DNA of 64,000 bases from a candidate division CPR3 bacterium GWF2_35_18 (GTDB lineage Bacteria; Patescibacteriota; CPR3; GWF2-35-18), in the NCBI GenBank assembly GCA_001771135.1, contig MESW01000006.1, positions 4,870 to 68,869 on the forward strand, given 5' to 3'. How positions within the stretch are numbered: position 1 is the stretch's first letter; every line of letters begins with the position of its first letter. Positions 28,626 through 38,584 of this stretch are shown here, one piece after another. A model generated the notes under the pieces. That model made no database searches. It was not told the DNA's origin and saw nothing but the letters and a program-made list of their open reading frames with translations. The position numbers and the translations under genes were made by a program.

Positions 28626-30551
28626 TTAAAAATCTTTAAATTTAAAGACAAAGATACAACCCTCTTCATTATAATTATCCAAACAGTAATCGTGAGTTAC
28701 ATAGCTTAATTCTAAAGCCTCATTTTGTTGTAATTCGGCAATTGAAAATGTATGTTCTCGCATCGGTTGCAATTTGGAATCCCAGACAAAATACTGCAGA
28801 TGGTTTTCTTTCACAATCTGCTGCAAACTGGAATCCTCTTTCAATTTATCCAGATTACTAAGGACTGTATAGCGATTTTGAAACTGATCTTCGGAAATAC
28901 TTTGCAATCCTTTATAGGGAAAGGTCAAAGGAATTTCGGTGAGAATCCCGATCCAATCGACAAAATCACTGGATCGATAATCAATTCCCCCAGAATAGAG
29001 ATAATGAATAAAAATGTCATTTAGAATCATCGTTTCAGGAAGAATCTCTTGAGATTGAAAGTAATCATAAACCGCAAAGATCTCTCTCTCCGGTGTTCGA
29101 ATAAACATCGTCGTGCGAAAAACTACCGCTTCTACAATTAGAGTTACAATCGAAAAAGTAAGAATCAGATAACTTGTCAGTGACTTCAAAAAAACACTCG
29201 GTGTTTTTTTAAACCACTCCCAGATAAAGTTCAAACCAAAAGCAGCCATCACACAGCTTGAGAAAATCATAAATTCGGTAATTCTCTGGATATCAAATAA
29301 AGGAAAGAAAAGGTTATATATTGACCCAAAAAGGTTAACAAAGACAACATCAATATAAATAAAAAGCACCAAAAGAAAACTAAAGATAACAAAAATAATT
29401 GGCTTTTTAGATGACTCCGATTGGCGATAATTTTTTTTAATCTGTGTTAACCCAGTCATAATAAAGACCGGAAAAACAATATTCACTAAAATAAAAAAAT
29501 AATTTAACCAATAAGAAAAAAAATTATTTATCTTCTCTCCGAAACCCAAGCTGGTATTGATCTGTATCTGAACTAAAGTACTTAGAACAAAATCAACTCC
29601 TCGGAACTGAATCAATCTTTGAATTACAAAAATTAAAAGTACTTGAAGTAAAAGTAAGCTTATATTTTGCCATTTGATTAACTTTTTCCCCTGGGTAAGG
29701 AAATAAATTCCCACGAAAATCAGAGTCATAAAGAATTCAGGAGAATGAATAAAAAATAAACCCAAACCTAAAAATAAAGTTAAGACTGTTAACTTTAAAC
29801 TTTTTGTATGAAGGGTTTTTATAAAAACAGCTAGATACTGCCACATAAAAGTAATCCCCCACAAAAAAGATAAACCTCCCCAAACACTTGGTCGAACTGG
29901 AAACAAAGAAAATAAGGGAGAAACAAAAGCGGTTAATAAAGAAATTCTACGATTTTTAAATACCGTGTTTGTAAGCAGATACAAAGAAATCGGCATCATA
30001 GAAACAATCAAAATGGTGGAAATATTGAGATTTTTTTCGATTGGATAATTGGTAACTTGATGAATTAAAGCTACAAAAGCATGCAATCCAAAAGGATAAA
30101 ATCTCTCAAAACCGAAACCGGTTTCAGTGATCTTTTTTACCAAACTGTAGTGAAAAGTAGTGTCATCCGCCGGAAGCGGAAAAGGATTCCCATAATATGT
30201 ATAGATCTGGACTAGCAGTAGTATTAACGTGGGAATAATTACAAAAATCCAGTCTTTGGAAAAATGAAATGAGCTGTTTTTAAGTGATTGCAACACAAAG
30301 CCTAATTGTCGATATTTAAAAAGGAGGTAAAAAACTAAAACAACGCAAAAGGAAATTAGAACTGTCTGCAATCTAAACGGGATTGCCATTTTTGAATAAA
30401 CGAAAAACAAAATTGCGTAAAAGGAAAGCGAGAGAAAAGGCACTAATGAAATTAGCAACTTATCAAATTTTTGCTTGTCTACCAAAAACCCCAATAGCAA
30501 TAGTCCTGGAAAAGTTAATAATAAAATAATAATTAAGATAGAAATAGTCAT
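28626..30551 (-). CDS. Polytopic GT-C-type membrane glycosyltransferase
   Basis: More than 10 TM helices; DDTTFH acidic loop, FYP.G.H; paralog of the next gene. Confidence 0.6.
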   Translation of the reverse strand: MTISILIIILLLTFPGLLLLGFLVDKQKFDKLLISLVPFLSLSFYAILFFVYSKMAIPFRLQTVLISFCVVLVFYLLFKYRQLGFVLQSLKNSSFHFSKDWIFVIIPTLILLLVQIYTYYGNPFPLPADDTTFHYSLVKKITETGFGFERFYPFGLHAFVALIHQVTNYPIEKNLNISTILIVSMMPISLYLLTNTVFKNRRISLLTAFVSPLFSLFPVRPSVWGGLSFLWGITFMWQYLAVFIKTLHTKSLKLTVLTLFLGLGLFFIHSPEFFMTLIFVGIYFLTQGKKLIKWQNISLLLLQVLLIFVIQRLIQFRGVDFVLSTLVQIQINTSLGFGEKINNFFSYWLNYFFILVNIVFPVFIMTGLTQIKKNYRQSESSKKPIIFVIFSFLLVLFIYIDVVFVNLFGSIYNLFFPLFDIQRITEFMIFSSCVMAAFGLNFIWEWFKKTPSVFLKSLTSYLILTFSIVTLIVEAVVFRTTMFIRTPEREIFAVYDYFQSQEILPETMILNDIFIHYLYSGGIDYRSSDFVDWIGILTEIPLTFPYKGLQSISEDQFQNRYTVLSNLDKLKEDSSLQQIVKENHLQYFVWDSKLQPMREHTFSIAELQQNEALELSYVTHDYCLDNYNEEGCIFVFKFKDF

Positions 30552-30556
30552 GGTAT

Positions 30557-32191
30557 TTAAAAATCACTATTTATCTGAAATATGTAAACGCAGTTTTCAA
30601 AAACTTCTTCATTACATTGAGCTGAAGAAGAGTATATTTGACTAAAGATGTCCTTTTGCTTTAAAAAATTCATGTTTAGATATTCATGATGATGATTCTG
30701 CCTTACATTTTCAGACCAATAAACATATTGAAGATTCTCTTCCTGAATATATTGTTGCACCAGCTTATCCTGCTTTATTGATTGAATATTTTCAAGAACA
30801 TAAAGTCTTTTTTGCATCTTTTCATTACTCGCAGTCTCAATATAGGGAAACGTAACTTTTGATTTTGTCAGAACATTTATCCAACTGGCTGAATCAACAG
30901 CTCTATATACTTTTTGTCCAGCACTATAACCCCAACAAATATCATTTAAAATAAGTCCCTCCTCCAAATTATTATCAATCCATTTTATCGATTCTACAAC
31001 CTCTTTGGTTGGAGAATTTTTAATGACGTTAGTTTTCAACACAATTGAAAATAAAATAATCGGAACTAAAACAAAAACAATAGTTAGATATAACCACATT
31101 GATTTTTGGAGATGGCGATCTGAATTGCGATACCAGGTAATAAAACTTTGTAGCCCGAAGCTCGCAAAATAAGCAATCGGAAAGGTAAAAAATTCAAAAA
31201 AACGAAACTGATCTGCCCAAGGAAAGGTAAATTTATACAGGAAATGGAACAAATGCAAAGTGCTTATATCTAAATATATTAATAATAGTAAAACTAAAAA
31301 AGTAAAAGTTATTTTATCGGAAGACTCCAAATTTTTTCTATGTAACCTCGTTAAGATTCCCCAAATGCAAAAAACTAGCAGTGTTAGATTCACTGAGGAA
31401 ACGAGGTAACCTGGACCCATAAGGATAAAATCCTGTAACCATTTGAAAAAAGAGGTCGGAAGATAGGACAATCCCCAAAACCCAACCGTAACTGGAAAAA
31501 TAGTATGAATCAGATAGTAAATCAAAGTAAAAACGCTCAGGTTTAAAATTATCCATAAGTATAGATTAATGTCTTTGATAGATTTTTTCCAATTAACGAT
31601 AAAGTAAATAGTTAAGAATAAAGCGGAAGTAACAAGTTCTGGACTGTGAATTAAAAATAATCCTACCGCCAAGATAACACTAATCAGAATTTTAATGATT
31701 TTTTTACTCTCCAGGGAAGAAATTGTAAATCCGAGATAAAACCATAAAAACGTAAGTCCCCACAGAAAAGGATAGCCTCCCCATCTATAAGGACTAAGTC
31801 CAAAAACACAAGCAAGGGGTGTTATTATTGCAATCAGTAAGGAAACTTTCTCGTTTTTGGTCAAAACTTTAGCTAAATAATAAAAAGAAAACGGTAAAAG
31901 AGAAACTACAAATACTGTTGTTCCAAACAAAAGATACTCTATGGGAATATTCGTAATCTGATATAAAAACGCCACAATAATATGCATCAGAAAAGGGTAA
32001 AAACCCTGCATATCAATTCTTCCTAAAGCAACGATCTCCTTTATATATTCATAATGGATAATCGTGTCATCTCCGGTTAAAGGAAAAGAGGTTACCGAAA
32101 AAGAATATAGCTGTATCGATGCTAAAAATAAAGCAATTACGGTTAAAATCAGAATATTTTTTCTTTGGTTTAAAAAAGTTATTAGATTCAT
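30557..32191 (-). CDS. Polytopic GT-C-type membrane glycosyltransferase (paralog)
   Basis: GDDTIIH, FYPF..H, WGG..FLWG..F.W, IHSPE, ILNDI and TFPY shared with 28626..30551. Confidence 0.6.
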   Translation of the reverse strand: MNLITFLNQRKNILILTVIALFLASIQLYSFSVTSFPLTGDDTIIHYEYIKEIVALGRIDMQGFYPFLMHIIVAFLYQITNIPIEYLLFGTTVFVVSLLPFSFYYLAKVLTKNEKVSLLIAIITPLACVFGLSPYRWGGYPFLWGLTFLWFYLGFTISSLESKKIIKILISVILAVGLFLIHSPELVTSALFLTIYFIVNWKKSIKDINLYLWIILNLSVFTLIYYLIHTIFPVTVGFWGLSYLPTSFFKWLQDFILMGPGYLVSSVNLTLLVFCIWGILTRLHRKNLESSDKITFTFLVLLLLIYLDISTLHLFHFLYKFTFPWADQFRFFEFFTFPIAYFASFGLQSFITWYRNSDRHLQKSMWLYLTIVFVLVPIILFSIVLKTNVIKNSPTKEVVESIKWIDNNLEEGLILNDICWGYSAGQKVYRAVDSASWINVLTKSKVTFPYIETASNEKMQKRLYVLENIQSIKQDKLVQQYIQEENLQYVYWSENVRQNHHHEYLNMNFLKQKDIFSQIYSSSAQCNEEVFENCVYIFQINSDF

Positions 32192-33063
32192 AAATCATTC
32201 TTCGTAAACACAATCTCGATACTTTCTTTATTAAAAAATATTAAGGGAATAAATAAGGGTGAGGTTAGAATAAAAGCTAATTCTCGAGCTCCAATCAGCT
32301 TTACCTTTTGATAAATATATCTTTGCATCAAATAAAGAAGATATAAATAGTCAGAAATTGGAAAGTGTTTATTGGCTGTTACTTTGAAACCCGATTTTTC
32401 AAGTAATAAAATCAGACCTCGATGGGAAAAATGGTTAAGGTGTCTCGGAATATCAGCGTTCGATGGCCATTCTGCTTTAAAAGTTCGAGACCAAAAACCA
32501 TCAAATCTCGGTAATTCTAGATACAATATCCCATCATCTTTCAAGATTCTCTTCAGCTCTTTTAATATTTGTTCAGGAATTTCTAAATGTTCTAATACAT
32601 GATTCAAAGTAATCACATCAAAAAACTGATCCGCATATTTCAACTTTTCACTCTTATAGCAATCAACTTTTAAATCTCTTTTTTTACTTAATTTATAAGC
32701 AGAAAGACTTGCATCAATACCATAACGATCCCATCGCTTTACTGAAAATGTTTCCAAAAAACTGCCGTCTCCACACCCAAAATCAAGAATTTTCCCCTGT
32801 TTTTTATACTTTGATATTTTCTTTTGTCTGGGAGTATATATAAAAAGTTTTTTGATTCTAAATAAAGTTTTTTGAATAACACCCTCCCCTTGATAGTATT
32901 GCTCTGGATAGAATTCATTATCTGGAGACTGACGGGGAAAAGTAAATCCAGAGCGACATATCGGACAGATTTGAATGCGATAAATTCCTATCGAAGCGTA
33001 CTCGCTTAAGGAATTATTACAGCATAAACATTGTCGACCTTTTTTACCATTATGTTTAACCAA
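32188..33063 (-). CDS. Class I SAM-dependent methyltransferase with N-terminal Zn ribbon
   Basis: CxxC..CxxC, ILDFGCGDG, FDVITLNHVLEHL, PRHL.HF. Confidence 0.88.
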   Translation of the reverse strand: MVKHNGKKGRQCLCCNNSLSEYASIGIYRIQICPICRSGFTFPRQSPDNEFYPEQYYQGEGVIQKTLFRIKKLFIYTPRQKKISKYKKQGKILDFGCGDGSFLETFSVKRWDRYGIDASLSAYKLSKKRDLKVDCYKSEKLKYADQFFDVITLNHVLEHLEIPEQILKELKRILKDDGILYLELPRFDGFWSRTFKAEWPSNADIPRHLNHFSHRGLILLLEKSGFKVTANKHFPISDYLYLLYLMQRYIYQKVKLIGARELAFILTSPLFIPLIFFNKESIEIVFTKNDL

Positions 33064-33898
33064 TAGTAGTTCCTTTATAAGTGAAAAAGTTAAATAATTT
33101 AATAATAATTTTATTAGGAAGTAACAATAGTAGCATTTCTAAAAGATATCGCCAAACACCTCTAAAGCTGATAAATGGTTTTTTAAAAATCCACTTTTTC
33201 TTAATTTTTAAGGTTAAAATTAGCATTCTCTTTACTCTATTTAACTTGTAACTTTGTTCTGATATCCGGTATTGAATTAGAAAGTCAGGTAAATTTACAA
33301 GTTGATACTTATGAAAAGCAAATTGAAACCAAAGGTCGTATTCTTCCGCTCCGGGAAAGTTGGAATCATATTTTCCGCCCAAAGTTTTCATATCTGATAC
33401 TCTAATCATCGTCGCTGGATGACAAAGTGGAGATCTAACTGGTAATTCAGATATGATTTCTTTTGAACTGACTTTGTAATTTCTGACTGTAAGTAATTCT
33501 CCTGTTTCGTTAATAATCTGAACCTGTCCCCCAACAGCCGCATAATCTGGGTTAGATTCTAAAAAAGCCACCTGTTTTTCAATTCGTTGTTTTATACAAA
33601 TATCATCCTGATCTATAACCATATAATATTTACCCCGAAGATGAGACAAGCCTACATTGCGGTTTTTGGCAATTCCGAGGTTAACGGGGTTTTGATAAGA
33701 CTTAATTCTTTTATCTCCACCTGCATATTTTTGAATAATTTGGAGACTGGAATCAGTAGAGCAATCATCGATAACAATAAATTCAAAGTTAGAATAGGAT
33801 TGAGACAAAATACTCTCAATCGTAAATTGAAGATATTTTTCGCCGTTATATACCGGCATGACAATTGAAACTAAAGGTTTATTGAAATCATTTTTCAT
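33056..33898 (-). CDS. GT2 glycosyltransferase
   Basis: VSIVMPVYN, DDCSTD, DQDD, EEYDLW. Confidence 0.92.
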   Translation of the reverse strand: MKNDFNKPLVSIVMPVYNGEKYLQFTIESILSQSYSNFEFIVIDDCSTDSSLQIIQKYAGGDKRIKSYQNPVNLGIAKNRNVGLSHLRGKYYMVIDQDDICIKQRIEKQVAFLESNPDYAAVGGQVQIINETGELLTVRNYKVSSKEIISELPVRSPLCHPATMIRVSDMKTLGGKYDSNFPGAEEYDLWFQFAFHKYQLVNLPDFLIQYRISEQSYKLNRVKRMLILTLKIKKKWIFKKPFISFRGVWRYLLEMLLLLLPNKIIIKLFNFFTYKGTTIG

Positions 33899-34208
33899 GC
33901 AAAGCCTTCTTCCTAACGACCGTTTCTATTCTTTTTTCAATCTTCTCCAATTTCAAAATTATTCGGAAAACCAAATAGAATAAAACTACGATTGATAAAT
34001 AAACAACCGAATCAATTCCTCGTTGAATGTTTATCAAGTTAGCAATCAATACCGTTACGTCTGCGAACCAAACTACCAAAACAACGGCACTCCAAATACA
34101 TGACCAAAATATGAATGACAGAATTGAAAGCTGATGTTTTTTATAATTCACCCAAATTTCGAGTAGCACGGCGGCTACAAAAATGGAAACAACAATTTGT
34201 AGAAACAT
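33888..34208 (-). CDS. DUF2304 family membrane protein
   Basis: FW..IW, IA....I.RG.D...Y, EK.IE.VVRK.AL; follows a DPM1-like gene as is typical. Confidence 0.8.
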   Translation of the reverse strand: MFLQIVVSIFVAAVLLEIWVNYKKHQLSILSFIFWSCIWSAVVLVVWFADVTVLIANLINIQRGIDSVVYLSIVVLFYLVFRIILKLEKIEKRIETVVRKKALHEK

Positions 34209-34209
34209 T

Positions 34210-34893
34210 TTATAACTCCTTAATTAAAAGTTTATATATAGTTTCAAAGCCTTTGATAAGTCCTTGTCCTTTAGACATTGAATATTTCGTATATACAGGA
34301 ACGATTATGACTTCTTGATATTTCAGCTTGTTTTTCTTCATCTCTTTCAAAATCTCCAAACTGATTTCCATATCGCGGGAAAGTAGCTTCATTTTTGATA
34401 AAGCCTCTTTTTTGTAACCGCGTAATCCGCATTGAGAATCACGAGTCGTGACTCCAGACAAAAAAGTATTTAAGATGTTTGCGACAGTCACAAATTTTTT
34501 CCGTAAAAAAGGAGTCTTATGTTTATTTGTATCTACTCGAATTCCAAGTACGACTTCACATTTTTCTTGATGAAGCCTTTGATTAACTTTTATAATATCA
34601 CTAGTGAGATGCTGACTATCAGCATCACAAGTAATCACATGTTTATAGTTGTGATCTAAAGCATATTGAAATCCAGTCCTCAAGGCCGCTCCATATCCAA
34701 GATTAACTAGGTGTCTCACATATTGAATTTTATAATTTTTGAGAACATTATTTGTCCGATCAGTACTACCATCATCAACGACAAGAATACTTCTAAAACC
34801 ACCATTTTGGAGATCTTTCACGACATCGCCAATAGTTTTCTCCTCATTAAAAGCGGGAATAATAATTAAAGTATCTTGATTCATTGTTTGCAT
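34210..34893 (-). CDS. DPM1-like GT2 polyprenol-phosphate glycosyltransferase
   Basis: IIPAFNEE, VVDDGSTD, H..NLGYGAAL.TG, DADSQH, DSQCG.R. Confidence 0.88.
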   Translation of the reverse strand: MQTMNQDTLIIIPAFNEEKTIGDVVKDLQNGGFRSILVVDDGSTDRTNNVLKNYKIQYVRHLVNLGYGAALRTGFQYALDHNYKHVITCDADSQHLTSDIIKVNQRLHQEKCEVVLGIRVDTNKHKTPFLRKKFVTVANILNTFLSGVTTRDSQCGLRGYKKEALSKMKLLSRDMEISLEILKEMKKNKLKYQEVIIVPVYTKYSMSKGQGLIKGFETIYKLLIKEL

Positions 34894-34984
34894 TTTACAT
34901 GAAAAAGTATCTTTTTGGAAAATTTAAAGCTTTAGATATGAAATCACTATTATATTTGATCGTTTCGGCTCCATCCCAAAATTC

Positions 34985-35013
34985 TTGACAAAATTATAAC
35001 AATACTTTAACCT
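34985..35013 (+). promoter_or_regulatory. Sigma-70 promoter of the major pilin
   Basis: TTGACA-17nt-TAACCT. Confidence 0.6.
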
Positions 35014-35065
35014 ATCTATAGAGTTTATCTTTAATTCAGCTATAAAATAACTAATTCAGAGGGGG

Positions 35066-35473
35066 GTGAGAATGAACTCTATGAAAAACTTAAGTAAAAA
35101 GGCTGGTCTCATTCTTGCTCAGGTAGTTACTGTTTTTTCAATTGCAGCCACTCAAATTTATGCCGCTACTATCTCTCAACCTATTTCTTCAGCAACACTT
35201 ACCGTCGGTGGTGTTGTTAACTTAATTGTAAAAATAGTTTTTGGAGTCGGTATTTTAATTTGTGTCATCTTCCTCGTTTTCTATGGTATTAAATATATTA
35301 CCGCCGGTGATGATGTAAAAGCCATTGAAGGGGCTAGAAAAGGAATCACAGGAGCAATTATTGGTTTAATTGTTATCCTATTAACCTTTGCAATTATTAA
35401 GTTAGTTGCAACTTTCTTGGGTGTTAATGGAGGAGATATCTTTAGTATTCTTCCTGACAGCTATAGCTTCTAA
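35066..35473 (+). CDS. TrbC/VirB2-like pilin (probable major pilin; start may be ATG 35072)
   Basis: Signal peptide, then TM-G.KYITAG.D....E.A.K.IT.AIIGL-TM; has its own promoter and terminator. Confidence 0.82.
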   Translation: MRMNSMKNLSKKAGLILAQVVTVFSIAATQIYAATISQPISSATLTVGGVVNLIVKIVFGVGILICVIFLVFYGIKYITAGDDVKAIEGARKGITGAIIGLIVILLTFAIIKLVATFLGVNGGDIFSILPDSYSF

Positions 35474-35491
35474 CAAATTTTGTACTTGTCG

Positions 35492-35519
35492 AAAAACCCC
35501 GGTCAAACCCGGGGTTTTT
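35492..35519 (+). terminator. Intrinsic terminator after pilin
   Basis: AAAAACCCCGG-TCAAAC-CCGGGGTTTTT. Confidence 0.85.
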
Positions 35520-35536
35520 CTTTTTAGACCACATTT

Positions 35537-35629
35537 TATACCTATACAACTCCAATTTGCAATTCAATTTGTTGTTATATGGGTTAATACTCAACTACTT
35601 TTGTTACAAATTAGAGTTAGTTGAGTATA
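35537..35629. repeat. About 92-bp TATAC..GTATA double-hairpin element, copy A
   Basis: Similar to 61363..61453: TATACC start, TTGCAATT core, TACTyAACTAC..AGTTGAGTATA end. Confidence 0.6.
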
Positions 35630-35750
35630 TAATAATCTTAACCTCTTTTTCTTGACGGAACTACTCTTCCCTGCTAAAACTTATTTACAGACATCACACT
35701 TCAAATCAAACCATAAAAGTTGCTAGTGATATCTTAATAGACAAACATTT

Positions 35751-37187
35751 ATGCTGAAGAAATATTTACCCTACTTTTTATTGACAATTATTGTCCTTAC
35801 TTTTTCTTTGACACTTCTGTTGAACCTACAGTATCCACGCGAAATCTGTAATGATGAGTTTTATTATGTACCAGCCGGTCAAACGATCTGGCAAACCCCA
35901 AACGAACCGAACCTTGAACATCATCCTCCTCTCGCAAAATATCTAATCGGTTTTGGAATTATGACTGTAGGAAATTATTCAATTGGTTGGAGACTGATTC
36001 CGGCTTTATTTGGAATTATCGGTTTAATCCTAGTCTTTTTTCTTACTAAAGAAGTTTTATCTCTATCAGCAAATGGAGATCGAAAGGTAACGATTTTTTT
36101 CTCCCTCTTTGCTCCATTTTTACTTGCTTTTGATTTTCTCTATTTCACGATGTCTCGACAGGCGATGCTGGATATCTTTGTTACAACATTTTTAATCGCA
36201 ACCTCTTTATTCATTTGGAAATATATTCAGACGCAACGTAAAATCTTTATTATCTTACTGGCAATATTTTTTGGTTTAGCTCTCGCTTCCAAGTGGACGA
36301 CTATTCTTTTTGCGCCTTTATTTCTATTTTTAACTCTTAAATATACTAAAACCAGAAAAATTCAAAAGAAAAGCTTTAAGATAGTGATGTTTGAATATCT
36401 GCTGATTGGATTAATTGGTGCGACTGTTTATCTTTGTACTTATATCCCCTATCTCCTAAAAAATAATGCTGGTGAATTTATGATTCTGCAAAAAGATATT
36501 TTGGTAAGAATGTTATATACAAAAGAGACAAACGGAGGAGGAACTTCACCATTTAATACAATCTTCTGGCCTTTCTTTCCTAGCAACACCCTCTCCTGCT
36601 ATTTTGACTATGAAGATAATGTTAATCCTCACAGCTTATCGATTATCAGTAATCCTCTAATAATCTGGTTCTTTTGGCCAGTTTTGATCTACAGTTTCTA
36701 TCAAGCTTTCAAGAAAAAAGAGATAAAGCGCTTTTTTATCCCGATAATTATTATTTGTCTCTATCTTCCCTGGCTTGCGGTTGAACGAGAAAAATATTTT
36801 TATTACATGACCCCTGTTATCCCTTTTTTATGTATTTTGATTGCTCAAATGGTCTTTGATTTTATTACAACAAAAGGAAAAAGTGGTTTGAACAACATAA
36901 AACCTCAAAACCCTATTTTTCTCCCAAATAAAGACCTCTTAGATAAAATCATCATCTTTCTTTATAAATTACAGGAAAAAACCCATAAAGGTAAACTCTT
37001 CCAAAAACTTTCGAAAAAAGCAGATACTCTGATTGCAAATAAATTACTAATATATATATTAGTAATTTGTTATCTACTATTAGTTATTTTATTATTCATC
37101 CTCTATTATCCTCTTTTAAATGGTTTACCCGTTTCCGAAAGCTATCGAAATACAGTTACTTTTTTTTGGCCGTTTTTATTTAAATAA
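35751..37187 (+). CDS. Dolichyl/polyprenyl-phosphate-mannose:protein O-mannosyltransferase (PMT family, GT-C)
   Basis: DE.YYV, HPPLAK.LI..G, GWR...A..G, SR.AMLD.F, GLA.ASKW, NP.IW, YLPW....R..Y.YY. Confidence 0.82.
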   Translation: MLKKYLPYFLLTIIVLTFSLTLLLNLQYPREICNDEFYYVPAGQTIWQTPNEPNLEHHPPLAKYLIGFGIMTVGNYSIGWRLIPALFGIIGLILVFFLTKEVLSLSANGDRKVTIFFSLFAPFLLAFDFLYFTMSRQAMLDIFVTTFLIATSLFIWKYIQTQRKIFIILLAIFFGLALASKWTTILFAPLFLFLTLKYTKTRKIQKKSFKIVMFEYLLIGLIGATVYLCTYIPYLLKNNAGEFMILQKDILVRMLYTKETNGGGTSPFNTIFWPFFPSNTLSCYFDYEDNVNPHSLSIISNPLIIWFFWPVLIYSFYQAFKKKEIKRFFIPIIIICLYLPWLAVEREKYFYYMTPVIPFLCILIAQMVFDFITTKGKSGLNNIKPQNPIFLPNKDLLDKIIIFLYKLQEKTHKGKLFQKLSKKADTLIANKLLIYILVICYLLLVILLFILYYPLLNGLPVSESYRNTVTFFWPFLFK

Positions 37188-37291
37188 CTTTTTAAAGAAA
37201 GATCGCATTTCCACTTGCCCCCTAATGTTTCCTATGCTAATATTCTTTTGTAAGGGAATTCCATACTTTTGAACTCAAACAAATTGAGCAT

Positions 37292-37930
37292 ATGAATAAT
37301 AAACTACCACTGAAACTCGCTGTAAATATTGTTATTACAATTGTTTCTTTATTATTCTTTTTTACCTTTATCCCTATCAACAACACTGCTTCCGCTGATG
37401 GCCCCTGTTTATGCGTTTCCGGAAAATGTGCTGGTTGTTCTGCGGCGGTAAATGATCTTGCGTGTGGACTAAATACAGATATCTGTGACAATGCGCAGAA
37501 AAGATACTCCTGTGAACATACTTTATTATACCAATCTCCTAGCAACCCAACCTTTGCCGCTCCAGGAAGATATCTTTGCAGTATCAGCTCTGATCCTGCT
37601 GATCGATATCCAACCACTTTAAATATGGCTTTAAAGGGTTCCTGGTCAGAGGTTTTCAAAACCTGCTTCTGCTCCGCCGGTCAAATGATTCAAAAGGTTA
37701 TTGATATCGCGATCTATTCGATCTCCGGTATTGCCCTAATAGTTTTAGCTTTGGGTGCGATTAAATATATTACCGCTCAAAACAATCCCGATAAAATCAT
37801 CGAGGCTAAAGACACAATTTTGGCTGGAATTGTAGGCCTTATTTTAGTTCTTTTCAGCCTAGCAATTATCAATCTTTTTCAGGGACAGCTTCCAGGTAGC
37901 TGGGGAATAAACTTTTTAAATATACCTTAA
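37292..37930 (+). CDS. VirB2-like pilin with Cys-rich N-terminal domain (minor pilin)
   Basis: Signal peptide, about 10 Cys, then TM-GAIKYITA..N.DKI.EAK.TI.AGI.GL-TM. Confidence 0.75.
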   Translation: MNNKLPLKLAVNIVITIVSLLFFFTFIPINNTASADGPCLCVSGKCAGCSAAVNDLACGLNTDICDNAQKRYSCEHTLLYQSPSNPTFAAPGRYLCSISSDPADRYPTTLNMALKGSWSEVFKTCFCSAGQMIQKVIDIAIYSISGIALIVLALGAIKYITAQNNPDKIIEAKDTILAGIVGLILVLFSLAIINLFQGQLPGSWGINFLNIP

Positions 37931-37939
37931 GCATAAAAT

Positions 37940-38479
37940 ATGAAACGTTTTACCATTAAAATCACTAAAATAATCTTAATGCTTTCATTACTCATTATTC
38001 CTCTGAGTAGCATTCTACAAAATCCGACACTGGCTGCCTGTACCTGTATAAATGATTTATGTGTTGCTGGAGCAGCCGGAGATTGTATCGCTTCTCGTGC
38101 TGGTGCTCCTTGTAAATATGACAATGACTGTTCAGTTCTTTCTGATGTTAACTGTACTGCTTGCAGTATTATTACCTTTGTTTTTAAAGTTATTCTTCCT
38201 TGGACTTTTGGTATTGGAATTTTAGCCGCGGTTGTTTTTCTAGTCATTGGCGGTATCCGTTACATAACAGCCGGTGATGATCCCAAAAAAATATCTGATG
38301 CTAAAGGGACTGTTACCTGGGCGGTAATCGGACTTGTCATTCTCATTATAGCCGGATCGATTGTTCGTCTTATATGGTTATTCTTTGGATTTGAAGAAGG
38401 AAAAATATTCTTAATCCCCACGACAACTGCTGACATACCAGGTCAGGAACCTGTCTTAGATTGTATCTTGTGTGAATAA
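37940..38479 (+). CDS. VirB2-like pilin with Cys-rich N-terminal domain (minor pilin)
   Basis: Signal peptide, Cys-rich head, GGIRYITAGDDPKK..DAK.T.TWAVIGL. Confidence 0.78.
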   Translation: MKRFTIKITKIILMLSLLIIPLSSILQNPTLAACTCINDLCVAGAAGDCIASRAGAPCKYDNDCSVLSDVNCTACSIITFVFKVILPWTFGIGILAAVVFLVIGGIRYITAGDDPKKISDAKGTVTWAVIGLVILIIAGSIVRLIWLFFGFEEGKIFLIPTTTADIPGQEPVLDCILCE

Positions 38480-38494
38480 AGAATTTTAGAAAAA

Positions 38495-38524
38495 TTGACA
38501 ATTAAAAACTGAAAATCTTAAAAT
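38495..38524 (+). promoter_or_regulatory. Sigma-70 promoter of the VirB6-like gene
   Basis: TTGACA-18nt-TAAAAT. Confidence 0.55.
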
Positions 38525-38584
38525 ATATATCAACCGGTTTAAAAATCTGCTTATTTTTAGATTTTTAAAGAAAAGGCCTTAATA

